Assembly: GCA_964549075.1 (NCBI GenBank)
Contig: CAZJUB010000020.1
Span: forward strand, 1 to 39,033
Reading direction: 5' to 3'
Length of the DNA: 39,033 bases
Source: an uncultured archaeon
Lineage (GTDB): Archaea; Asgardarchaeota; Heimdallarchaeia; Heimdallarchaeales; Heimdallarchaeaceae
Shown here in pieces: positions 1-8,691 of the stretch (position 1 is the stretch's first letter; each line of letters begins with the position of its first letter). The notes under the pieces were generated by a model. That model was given only the letters and a program-made list of their open reading frames with translations. It did no database searches and was not told the DNA's origin. The position numbers and the translations under genes were made by a program.

Positions 1-1280
1 TACCAATCAAAAGATGCATATTCTCCTTCGATAATCGGATAATCATCTACCTCAATAGTTAATTTATAGATAATAGTTGTAGTTACATCTTCTATCCAAA
101 GTTTACCATTTTCGTCAACTGTAATACCCCATGGAGAGATATTATCTAACAAGAAACTAGTGATAATCTGTCCAGTTACTCTATTTACTTTCATGATTTT
201 TCCAGCTTTTCTATCGGTTACCCAAAGACCATCAGAATCAGAAGCTAAGCCATTTGGGATATAACCTAATTTATCAGTATCAATTATTTTTACAAGTTCT
301 CCCGTTTCCTTCCTTATCTTATAAATACGACAATTATCTTTATCAGAATACCACAAAAAACCTCCATCTGATGCTAAACCTCCTCTACTCGTCTGATCAA
401 CTGAAATTATGTCTACCAGAGTAAAATCAGAATCATATTTATAAAGAGTATTACTAAACCTTGGTAAAATCCAGAAAAATTCTCCATCAAACTCAATATT
501 ATTCGGAACTAATGGTCCTAGATAGAAACTTTGAACTAGGTTACCAGTAGTTTTATTAATTCTATATATTTCTAAACTTCTTTCATTTGCAACATAAAGG
601 TAACTATCATCCAATGTCATTCCTAATATAGTAGAAGCTGGTCCAGCAAAGAATCTATCTACATAGTAATCTTTTAGAACTACAGGACTTACATCTGTGT
701 AAATTTTTAAGTCTTGAACCCAAAATTCTTGATCTAGATTTGCTGACCAACCATCGCTATAAAAGAAGAATAAAAGTATAGAGTCATATCCTTCTAAAAG
801 GAATGTTTTATTTATAAAGATAAATCCAGAATCATAGACCTCAGATCCTGTTATACCAAAGAAATAGAAGATTTCTTCATACGTTACAGGATCATAAATA
901 GATAATCTTAATTTCACTGCTTCTAAGTAATTCGCTTTAGCTCGCCCATAAAAGGTAAGACTAAGTGTGTTATTTGTAACTGGTACTTCAGCACAAGCAC
1001 CTACATTTTTATCATATGTACCAGTGGTTTCTAAGAAATGAATTGTATCAGAACTTATATCATAAGTATAACCTGTTCCAGTAGTAAATCCATCTAGACA
1101 AGTATTATTTCTTTCTGCTGTTCCTGCATTCCAAATAAAGTCGTTTGTAGTTAGATAATTCTCATAATAATTTGAAACAGGGTCAGAATTATCTTCTTGA
1201 TTCAAACTTGAGATATAGATTGTACTTATACCACTGAAAAATAAAATAAATAGAATGATTAAACCTTTTTTTCTCTCCAA
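1..1280 (-). CDS. Secreted/surface protein, 3' end outside the window: signal/anchor helix, ~150-aa beta-rich domain, then NHL/Vgb-like beta-propeller repeats
   Basis: Not in the ORF track; translated by hand from TTG at 1280, open for 426 codons to the window edge: MERKKGLIILFILFFSGISTIYISS...VGACAEVPVTNN...FWVQDLKIY. Blade repeats follow: GMTLDDSYLYVAN, NIEFDGEFFWIL, GLASDGGFLWYSD, GLASDSDGLWVTD, GITVDENGKLWIED. TATA-like TTTATAA lies 30 nt upstream. Confidence 0.85.
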   Translation of the reverse strand, partial: MERKKGLIILFILFFSGISTIYISSLNQEDNSDPVSNYYENYLTTNDFIWNAGTAERNNTCLDGFTTGTGYTYDISSDTIHFLETTGTYDKNVGACAEVPVTNNTLSLTFYGRAKANYLEAVKLRLSIYDPVTYEEIFYFFGITGSEVYDSGFIFINKTFLLEGYDSILLFFFYSDGWSANLDQEFWVQDLKIYTDVSPVVLKDYYVDRFFAGPASTILGMTLDDSYLYVANERSLEIYRINKTTGNLVQSFYLGPLVPNNIEFDGEFFWILPRFSNTLYKYDSDFTLVDIISVDQTSRGGLASDGGFLWYSDKDNCRIYKIRKETGELVKIIDTDKLGYIPNGLASDSDGLWVTDRKAGKIMKVNRVTGQIITSFLLDNISPWGITVDENGKLWIEDVTTTIIYKLTIEVDDYPIIEGEYASFDW

Positions 1281-1309
1281 ATTAATCTAGTAAGATAACT
1301 CTCCGATAA

Positions 1310-1343
1310 TTATAAAGTTTCTGGGGGTACGTTAAACGAGACA
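1310..1343 (-). promoter_or_regulatory. TATA box plus upstream motif for the <1..1280 gene
   Basis: TTTATAA (minus strand) at 1310-1316. AACGAGACA (plus strand) at 1335-1343, 55 nt from the start codon; the same spacing recurs upstream of the paralogous gene at 2611. Confidence 0.55.
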
Positions 1344-1355
1344 TTAAGGCGACAT

Positions 1356-1373
1356 TAAAAAGGAAAAAAAAGA
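1356..1373 (-). terminator. Oligo-T archaeal terminator of the 1382..2611 gene
   Basis: A-rich run AAAAAGGAAAAAAAAG on plus is a T-run on minus, just after the stop codon. Confidence 0.4.
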
Positions 1374-1381
1374 GCAAGAAT

Positions 1382-2611
1382 TTAAGTCCTTCTTTTATTT
1401 CTGAATAGTACAACCAAAGCACATAAGCTACTCATAACTAATAGATAATTCATAGGATTATCAATAGTGAAGATAGTAGGTGTTGTTGTGGAGTGAGAAA
1501 TCTTCAAATCAGTTATCCAATAAGTGTGGTTTTGACTTAAAGAGATTGAATCAACAAAATAGAAGAGAAGAATAACATTATCGAGATCATCAATCTTTAT
1601 ATCAACCTCTATCTGATAATCTAAAATATTTTCACCTGGTGTGTTTTGGAATTGGGTAGTTAGCTGTTTAGGAATTTGTTTCATGGTATTAGGATTGTAA
1701 AGTAAATGTCTGATATTAGCATGAGTGGTAGCAGTCCCCCCAGCTTTGAATGAGAAAACAACATGGTTATCTTCTACAGGAAGAGTGATATAAGCTCCTA
1801 TCCTAGCATAATCTACACCTGTATCATTTTCAGCTAAAAGGAGATGAGTTTCATTGATTGAACAAATATATTTCCCCTCATTACCAGAAACAGGAATCAA
1901 ATCTTCTTGTTCTGATGGTTCATTTAGAAAACTATCAACTGTCCAGTTTAATGAATTGAGAGGATTAAGAGATTCTAAAGTAGAATCTTGAGGTGCTGCT
2001 TCTATTTGATAGACCTTCAAATCTTTAACCCAGAAACTCTGATTGTTTCTTGCAGTCCATGAATCATGATAACAGAAAAACATTATTACTTCAGAAAAAC
2101 CTTCAAGCGGGATATCCATTTGAGCATAATTATAACCTGTGTCTGTAGTAATTCCATCTTCTGTATATCTCAAAGTAGGCAAACCAGATATAAGTGTTAA
2201 AGAAGTTGTATTGAGGTAGTAAACAAACATTTTCCTAGCATTAGGATGATTTGCTTTAGCTCTTAAATAACAAGAATAAACCAAGTGATTATTTACTATA
2301 GGAACGGTTGTATAAGCTCCGACTGCTGTTTGATAAGTGTCATTCTCCTGTACAAAAATCTCATTTGAAGTGATAGAATATTCGAAAGTCTCATTTGATA
2401 CTGGGCTATCTAATATAGGATCACCACCGATAAAAGGAAAAGCTCCAAAAGTCCAGCTAAAATCGTCTATAGTTAGAAAATACGAGGATTCATTTTGTGA
2501 CAATTGAGTGTCACTTTTCTCAATTGAACTAAAAACATTATTTTTCATAACTACGGGAAATAATAGTAGGGATAGAAAAAAGATGCTAAAGCTAATTTTT
2601 GTTTTCCGCAT
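1382..2611 (-). CDS. Cell-surface protein: signal peptide, two copies of an unrecognised ~150-aa beta-rich domain, Thr-rich linker, C-terminal TM anchor
   Basis: N-terminal hydrophobic segment; internal repeats VGAYTTVPIVNNH..FWVKDLKV and IGAYITLPVEDNH..YWITDLKI; C-terminal STTTPT, TM helix and RNKRRT. Confidence 0.85.
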   Translation of the reverse strand: MRKTKISFSIFFLSLLLFPVVMKNNVFSSIEKSDTQLSQNESSYFLTIDDFSWTFGAFPFIGGDPILDSPVSNETFEYSITSNEIFVQENDTYQTAVGAYTTVPIVNNHLVYSCYLRAKANHPNARKMFVYYLNTTSLTLISGLPTLRYTEDGITTDTGYNYAQMDIPLEGFSEVIMFFCYHDSWTARNNQSFWVKDLKVYQIEAAPQDSTLESLNPLNSLNWTVDSFLNEPSEQEDLIPVSGNEGKYICSINETHLLLAENDTGVDYARIGAYITLPVEDNHVVFSFKAGGTATTHANIRHLLYNPNTMKQIPKQLTTQFQNTPGENILDYQIEVDIKIDDLDNVILLFYFVDSISLSQNHTYWITDLKISHSTTTPTIFTIDNPMNYLLVMSSLCALVVLFRNKRRT

Positions 2612-2641
2612 TTTTATCAGTTATCTATTAGCTTTCAATTT

Positions 2642-2674
2642 TTATAAATATCCTCAAGAAATGTTAACGAGACA
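2642..2674 (-). promoter_or_regulatory. TATA box plus upstream motif for the 1382..2611 gene
   Basis: TTTATAA (minus strand) at 2642-2648. AACGAGACA at 2666-2674, 55 nt from the ATG. Confidence 0.55.
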
Positions 2675-2838
2675 ATTCCTTTACAAGTAAAAACGAGAGA
2701 AGTTTTAAAATCCAAGAGATTTGATGCAAATCTATGAATATTGAAAAGAGAGATTGAGGTTTAGGAGTTTAAAGAAAATTTTTCTGATTAATAAAAGAAA
2801 AAAGACTGAAATTTATCTTTCAGTCATATTATCTGTTC

Positions 2839-3504
2839 TTATTTCTGTCGTGCTGACACAATATATAAGACTCCAGCTCCTACAGCGCAAGCAAATTCTA
2901 TATAGTGAAACACATTGATGAATGTAAGATATGCTGTCAACCCTTCTATATTAAATGAGATGAAGGGATAGAGAGTACTTAAGAAATAACTAGCTAATGT
3001 CAAGCCAAAGAGGATAAAGAATGCCATCCTTAAATTTTTCACGATATTATTTTCTGTTTCACGATTCAGTATAATAGCACTTAGTATTAGTAGAATAAGA
3101 AATGTTAACCAAAACAAACCATTTAGTATCACATTTGAAAGAACAGTTGGATCTTGTGTGTATGGGAATGTTATTGTTACAAAATGACCATAGGTTAAAA
3201 TCTCGAGTACAAAAACACCTATTACAAAAGCAGTTGAAAGAATTGCTAATATAAATGGGAGAGTCTCAGATTTCTTATAAAATCCTATTGCTAAAAAAAT
3301 ACCTGCACAAAGAAATGTAGCTATCCAGATAGACATCAAGGTGTAGTTTAAAAGATCATTAAACTCACCAGGAGTCATAAGAACGTTAGTAAAAACATAA
3401 GTATCAATTGATTCCATTACAGCATTGTAGGCATGAATTAGTAAATAACCAACAACTAGACTTAAACCCGCACCATAAAAATCAACATTCGTTTTTTCAC
3501 TCAT
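2839..3504 (-). CDS. Hypothetical ~6-TM membrane protein (paralogue of 3595..4254)
   Basis: About six hydrophobic helices; shares FYGAGLSL(V/L)VGYLL, LLILSA, RM(A/S)FFILFGL and E.(A/V)CAV..G.L.IVS with the next gene. Confidence 0.85.
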   Translation of the reverse strand: MSEKTNVDFYGAGLSLVVGYLLIHAYNAVMESIDTYVFTNVLMTPGEFNDLLNYTLMSIWIATFLCAGIFLAIGFYKKSETLPFILAILSTAFVIGVFVLEILTYGHFVTITFPYTQDPTVLSNVILNGLFWLTFLILLILSAIILNRETENNIVKNLRMAFFILFGLTLASYFLSTLYPFISFNIEGLTAYLTFINVFHYIEFACAVGAGVLYIVSARQK

Positions 3505-3594
3505 AGTGCTTATTAGTTTGATAAAAGTTATTTAAAGATTCCTTGCAATCTTTATAGCTATAGAAAAAGAAATTTTGCTTCAACCTTCTTTTAT

Positions 3595-4254
3595 CTATTT
3601 TAGTCTCTGCTGTGTAGATACAATGAATAATATTCCAGTTGCAACTGCACAAACTAATTCTAAAGGGTAAAGAATGTCAAAGAATAAGTTATAGACAGCA
3701 TTTGATGAAATTCCATATCCGATATAAGTAGGTAAATCGTCTAAGAAATACCAGAACAAAGACAAACCAAACAGAATGAAAAAAGACATCCTTATTTGTC
3801 TAACTCTATAGCTTTCAGTATAATTGTTCAGTAGCTTAGCACTTAATATAAGTAAAACAAGGAAAGAAACAGCGAACAGAAAATTGAGTATAGTTACTGA
3901 AAGAAATGTATTTGATCCAACAGAAGGGTGAGCTCCATAATATACAATCTCTCGTATAAAAGGTCCAGTTACTAATATACCTGAAATAAGTGAGAAGATG
4001 AAGTGAAGATATTTAGCTTCTTTATAAAATACGATAGCTAAAAAGATACATGTGCAAAGAATTGTTGCAACACGAAAAGACATAGGAGTAAATCTATAGA
4101 GATTAACATAGGTTTCAAAAGTCATATCAGTTTTTGTAGCAAAAAAAGTCTCCATAGAGTGTATAATGATTTTAGAAGAAAAAGATAACAAATAACCTAC
4201 TAATAAGCTCAAACCTGCACCATAAAATGCAGTACTAACTTTATCATCCATCAT
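3595..4254 (-). CDS. Hypothetical ~6-TM membrane protein (paralogue of 2839..3504)
   Basis: Colinear similarity to the neighbouring gene over its full length. Confidence 0.85.
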   Translation of the reverse strand: MMDDKVSTAFYGAGLSLLVGYLLSFSSKIIIHSMETFFATKTDMTFETYVNLYRFTPMSFRVATILCTCIFLAIVFYKEAKYLHFIFSLISGILVTGPFIREIVYYGAHPSVGSNTFLSVTILNFLFAVSFLVLLILSAKLLNNYTESYRVRQIRMSFFILFGLSLFWYFLDDLPTYIGYGISSNAVYNLFFDILYPLELVCAVATGILFIVSTQQRLK

Positions 4255-4388
4255 TCAAACTAGAATAATTAAAAATAATTAAAGATTTTTCGACAATGTA
4301 AACTGTAACGAAACTGCAATTTTTTTCTCGAGTTTATAAATGAAAGTACTTTATCATCTAGTGAATCACTCTTAAGCTGGTTAAAGAC

Positions 4389-5843
4389 ATGGCGTCTACA
4401 ATTGAAACATTACCATTATTAAAAAATGGAGAAGAGTACCTATCACAAAGTCAGAAGACTGTGCGAGGTGTTCATGGAGAGGATCTACTAAAAGTAGCTG
4501 TCGCACCTGAAATTCACGTGCAGATGGCTATGCCTATCAATAAGGCTAGTTTTTACACTCTCCAAGGCATACCTATTGATGAAATGATTGATATTTTTTG
4601 TGAAGCTGGACAAATCTTTACTCAAGATATGCTCATTAATGGTATTTCAACTTCTTTAGATGAGTGGTGTGAGTTAATCACTCTTTCTACAGGCTTACCT
4701 ATCAGGTTTGTCAATAATGCACTAAACATGATCCCAAATATTTTTACTAGAAGTCAATTAAGGAGACTCTTAGAAGCAAATAGTCCTACTGGGGACTTAG
4801 CAATTTTTGACGATTTTGTAGGAGTCAGAGGTAATACCCGTTTTGGCTGGTCTCCACGAGGGCAAAATGTGGGAGTAGGATTACCTGGGAATCATCCAGC
4901 AGTAAGCTTACTCGGTACACTTATTCCTTTGTTTAAGATTCCGACTCTTATTCGAGCTAGTTCAAGTGAACCTTTTACTTCTTTCAGAATCTGCAAATCG
5001 CTCTGGGAAGCTGGTTTACCTCACGAATCCTTGTTCCATTTCGTTACTGATCATAGCACCGTGGATACAATTGTTCGACAATCAGACCTCGGCATCATTT
5101 TCGGTGATGAATGGATTTTGAAAGCTTATAAAAACGACTCTAAAATCAAGACCTTTGGTCCTGGTCGCTCTAAAGTTTTAGTAGAAATAGAAGATATGAC
5201 TTCAACTCATCTTAATCTAGCTGTGGAATTAGCTTACCAAAGTATTCATTATGATGGTGGACGAGGTTGTATTAACTCAAGTGGAGTTTGTTATAACTCT
5301 CCCCAGATGTACGATGAATTCAAAGAAAAATTAGCTGAGAAATTAGCTAAACTTGAACCTCTTGATCCGTTGAATCCACGAGCTGAAATTCCTGCTATGG
5401 ATCCCGATGCTGCCAAAAAATTATACAATTACATTAAAATTAGAATGACAGGTAAGATAAACAACCTCACAGCTGAAATAAGAGGAGAAGAAAAGATCCT
5501 GCATATTGAAGATAGCCTTGCTTATCTTATGCCTACACTCTTGGAACTTGATGAAGAACATCAGATGCGCACTGATGAATACCCTTTCTCTTTTGGAACT
5601 ATCTACAGACCTGATGACTATTTAGTAGAAGAGTTAGTGGAAGATACTTTATCATTAGCTTATCTTACTGATAATCCAAGAAAAGCTAAGAGATTACTTA
5701 ACATTCCCTCTATCAAGAAAGTTTTTGTTAATGATCAATCCTTTACAATGGATATCAGTGCTCCACATGATGGCTATATGTGCGATTTCTTATACAACTC
5801 AAAAGCTTCTAATTACGATGGATTGAACAATTTCTTAAAATAA
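4389..5843 (+). CDS. Aldehyde-dehydrogenase-superfamily acyl reductase (LuxC / GriD-EhpG-like)
   Basis: LPGNHP (ALDH P.N motif), RASSSEP (K.S..P equivalent), FGPGRSK in place of ELGG, and a catalytic Cys in GGRGCINSS. Confidence 0.75.
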   Translation: MASTIETLPLLKNGEEYLSQSQKTVRGVHGEDLLKVAVAPEIHVQMAMPINKASFYTLQGIPIDEMIDIFCEAGQIFTQDMLINGISTSLDEWCELITLSTGLPIRFVNNALNMIPNIFTRSQLRRLLEANSPTGDLAIFDDFVGVRGNTRFGWSPRGQNVGVGLPGNHPAVSLLGTLIPLFKIPTLIRASSSEPFTSFRICKSLWEAGLPHESLFHFVTDHSTVDTIVRQSDLGIIFGDEWILKAYKNDSKIKTFGPGRSKVLVEIEDMTSTHLNLAVELAYQSIHYDGGRGCINSSGVCYNSPQMYDEFKEKLAEKLAKLEPLDPLNPRAEIPAMDPDAAKKLYNYIKIRMTGKINNLTAEIRGEEKILHIEDSLAYLMPTLLELDEEHQMRTDEYPFSFGTIYRPDDYLVEELVEDTLSLAYLTDNPRKAKRLLNIPSIKKVFVNDQSFTMDISAPHDGYMCDFLYNSKASNYDGLNNFLK

Positions 5844-5864
5844 ATGTTCTTCTTTTTTCTTTTT
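5844..5864 (+). terminator. Oligo-T terminator between convergent genes
   Basis: TTCTTCTTTTTTCTTTTT immediately after the TAA at 5843. Confidence 0.45.
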
Positions 5865-6908
5865 CTACTTATATTGGTTTAATAGTTTTTTTTGGACCTC
5901 TTTCCAAATTTCTTTCTTATATTGTCTATACCTATACATGATTAACGTAAATGCACCAATGATTCCTATTCCTGCTGTAAACCAGTATTGCAATTGGTTT
6001 TCTACTGCAAACGCTGAAATTATTACTGCGACAAATAGTATAATACTAAAAGCTGTTATAATTATTATTTTGTATTTTCTAGTTGTCTGCTTTACTGAAC
6101 TAGAAGGAAGAATTCTTCTTCTTTGTTGAGTATCTGAATATACAATTGTGGCATCTCTATCAGAAATCTTATCAGCGAGAATCACTCTTGGTTCACTAGG
6201 AGTTTCCTGAATCTTTGTCTTTTTCTCCTCAGTTCTCTTTTCAAAATGGTACTCCTTCTTTTGTAGTATCTTCATTTGTTTAGCTATCTCTAGCTGTTTC
6301 TCTTTTGTTTGAAGCTGAATATTATTCAGTTGTCCAGCTCCTCTTTTTTCTGAGAAGGACTCCAAAACTTCATTCTCCTTCTTTCGTTCTCTTAGTTTAA
6401 ACATTATAAATATCAACAGATAGATAATGCTTAATGAAATCATTATTGGGAGATATCTAGTAATGAAAGTGTATGTATCTCTTCCAATTGCTGGATATTT
6501 ACCTGTTACAATAAAAATAGTGAATGAACGAGCTTGACCTTGAGGATTATATAGAACAAGATAATAAATCTGTTCTTCATCTAATTCTATTGCCTCTGAA
6601 TAAGTCTCTGAGACATTTCTCGTATAATAATAACTCTCAGCAAATCCACCCGTATAATTTTCATATTGATTTTCCTTCAATATATAATAAAATATTTCAG
6701 GTCCATCAGAGATTTCAAATCCTACATATAGCATTTTATCGTTACCAGTCTCCAATGGGATTGCATAACTTTGATCTGTATATAGTGTTAAATTACTTGA
6801 GAAATCGATTAGACCAGAACTACAAAAAACAGTAAGGAATAAGGATATAAAAAATAAAAAGAATAGAAACAACTTTCTTTCTTTCACAATTATTATATCT
6901 AAATTCAT
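5865..6908 (-). CDS. Membrane protein: N-terminal anchor, extracellular beta-sandwich (GOLD/PPC-like), TM, charged cytoplasmic region, two C-terminal TMs
   Basis: Hydrophobicity pattern; the segment IFYYILKENQYENY...YYLVLYNP resembles archaeal GOLD-like domains (tentative). Confidence 0.7.
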   Translation of the reverse strand: MNLDIIIVKERKLFLFFLFFISLFLTVFCSSGLIDFSSNLTLYTDQSYAIPLETGNDKMLYVGFEISDGPEIFYYILKENQYENYTGGFAESYYYTRNVSETYSEAIELDEEQIYYLVLYNPQGQARSFTIFIVTGKYPAIGRDTYTFITRYLPIMISLSIIYLLIFIMFKLRERKKENEVLESFSEKRGAGQLNNIQLQTKEKQLEIAKQMKILQKKEYHFEKRTEEKKTKIQETPSEPRVILADKISDRDATIVYSDTQQRRRILPSSSVKQTTRKYKIIIITAFSIILFVAVIISAFAVENQLQYWFTAGIGIIGAFTLIMYRYRQYKKEIWKEVQKKLLNQYK

Positions 6909-6943
6909 TAAATAAGCTTTTCTTGCAAATTGTACGATTTGAG

Positions 6944-8569
6944 CTATCTTCTTAGCACTTTTCCAGGTAAATTCATATTCTGTTTTCCTTTTTCTAGCAC
7001 TATTTCTCCATTAACTAGAACATATTCTATTCCTTCTGAAAATTGATGAGGTTTCTCAAAAGTTGTTTTATCATAAATTTTTTCAAAGTCAAATATAGTG
7101 ATATCAGCCCACATACCATCTCTTATTAATCCTCTATCAAATAATCCTAATTTTTGTGCTGAAAGACTTGTCATTTTTCTTATAGCTTCTTCTAGTCTCA
7201 ACAGACCTTCTTCTCTCACATACTTACGAATTATACGTGGGAATGTACCATAAAATCGCGGATGTGGTTTCCCATAATACATTTTCCCTTCTGGAGCTAC
7301 TCCTAATCCATCAGTTCCTATAGAAGTATATTTGCTTTTCAGTATCCTTGATATATCTTCTTCGTCCATACTTCGAACTGTTATCCCCACTTCTCCTTTA
7401 CTATCCAAAATCATATCAAAGATAGTATCTCTTGGATCTTTAATTCCTCTGATCTTTGATATCTCACTGACATTCTTTCCTTCTACATCTTTCCATTTAT
7501 CTGATTTTACTGATGATATAAAGATATTATCCGGTCCTGTTTGAAGATACCAATCGTCATAAAATCCATCATTAGTAACCATATCTTTCTTTATTTGAGC
7601 CCTTGTTTCTTCTGTTGAGAGTCGTTTTAAAGCTTCATCTATACCTCCTTCAAGAACCCAAGGAGGAAGTAAAGCACTCATAGAAGTCGCACTGCGATTA
7701 TAGGGATACTGATCACAAGTTATATCCAAACCTTTTGCATTAGCTTCTTCTACAAGTTTGAGTGATTTTTTACTCTTTCCCCAGTTCCCCATTCCTGAGC
7801 ATTTGAAGTGGCTGATCTGTCCTCCTCGAACCTTTGATTTTTCTACGATTTCTATAAATTCTTTTACAGCATCTAATAAACCAGATCCTTCATTTCGAAT
7901 ATGAGAAAAATATAATCCATTATATTCTGCAACTACTTTTGCAAGTTCAATTATTTCTTCAGTTTCTGAATAGGTTTGAGGAGAATAAATTAAACCTGTA
8001 CTTAGTCCGAAAGCTCCAGCTTCCATTGCCTCTCTGGTGAGTTCTTTCATCTCTTTTAGCTCTTCTTTAGTAGGTTCTCTATTTTCGTAACCTGGTCCTC
8101 CAGCAAGCCTGATAGGGCCAAAACCAACAAAAGGGACAATATTTGAAGCTATTTTTGTTTTCTCAACTTCTTTTAAATATTCTTTAAAGGTTCTCCAAGT
8201 TATTTCAGCAGGTTTCACTCCAGGAGGTGCGCTAAGTTCAAATTCCTTCTTAAAAATCTCGTAACTTTTATCACTTATCGGGGCAAAAGAATATCCACAT
8301 TGTCCAACAACAGAAGTGGTTATACCTTGAGTAACTATTGATTGAATTCTATTATCATAAGGTATTCCTGTATCAGTATGGCTGTGCATATCGATAAATC
8401 CTGGACAAACAATCAAACCTTTAGCATCAATGATAAAATTAGCTTCGTCATTTATTTTATACTGCATCTTGGCTATCTTACCATTCTTGATTGCTATATC
8501 TGATTTGAATGCTAAATTACCGGTACCATCTACAATTTTTCCGTTTCTAATTATGATGTCAAAGCTCAT
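6944..8569 (-). CDS. N-acyl-D-amino-acid deacylase (D-aminoacylase), amidohydrolase superfamily
   Basis: IIRNGKIVDGTG, PGFIDMHSHTD, GITTSVVGQCG, HIRNE, QISHFK, DQYPY, IGTDG, PHPRFYGTFPR, ADITIFD. Confidence 0.92.
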   Translation of the reverse strand: MSFDIIIRNGKIVDGTGNLAFKSDIAIKNGKIAKMQYKINDEANFIIDAKGLIVCPGFIDMHSHTDTGIPYDNRIQSIVTQGITTSVVGQCGYSFAPISDKSYEIFKKEFELSAPPGVKPAEITWRTFKEYLKEVEKTKIASNIVPFVGFGPIRLAGGPGYENREPTKEELKEMKELTREAMEAGAFGLSTGLIYSPQTYSETEEIIELAKVVAEYNGLYFSHIRNEGSGLLDAVKEFIEIVEKSKVRGGQISHFKCSGMGNWGKSKKSLKLVEEANAKGLDITCDQYPYNRSATSMSALLPPWVLEGGIDEALKRLSTEETRAQIKKDMVTNDGFYDDWYLQTGPDNIFISSVKSDKWKDVEGKNVSEISKIRGIKDPRDTIFDMILDSKGEVGITVRSMDEEDISRILKSKYTSIGTDGLGVAPEGKMYYGKPHPRFYGTFPRIIRKYVREEGLLRLEEAIRKMTSLSAQKLGLFDRGLIRDGMWADITIFDFEKIYDKTTFEKPHQFSEGIEYVLVNGEIVLEKGKQNMNLPGKVLRR

Positions 8570-8691
8570 TTTTACCGGTTTAGAACTTCTTTACTCCTAT
8601 TTAACCTTATTCAATCAAACGAAAATGTATGATGAAATCTTTCTTTTGAGAATATTTAAAAGAATCCTATTCTTGTTTAACATATAACAAA

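Noticed and set aside
2508-8687. Short track ORFs 2508..2690, 5938..6129, 6524..6835, 7332..7544, 8430..8687
   Set aside because: Antisense overlaps of longer, well-supported genes, with no motifs.
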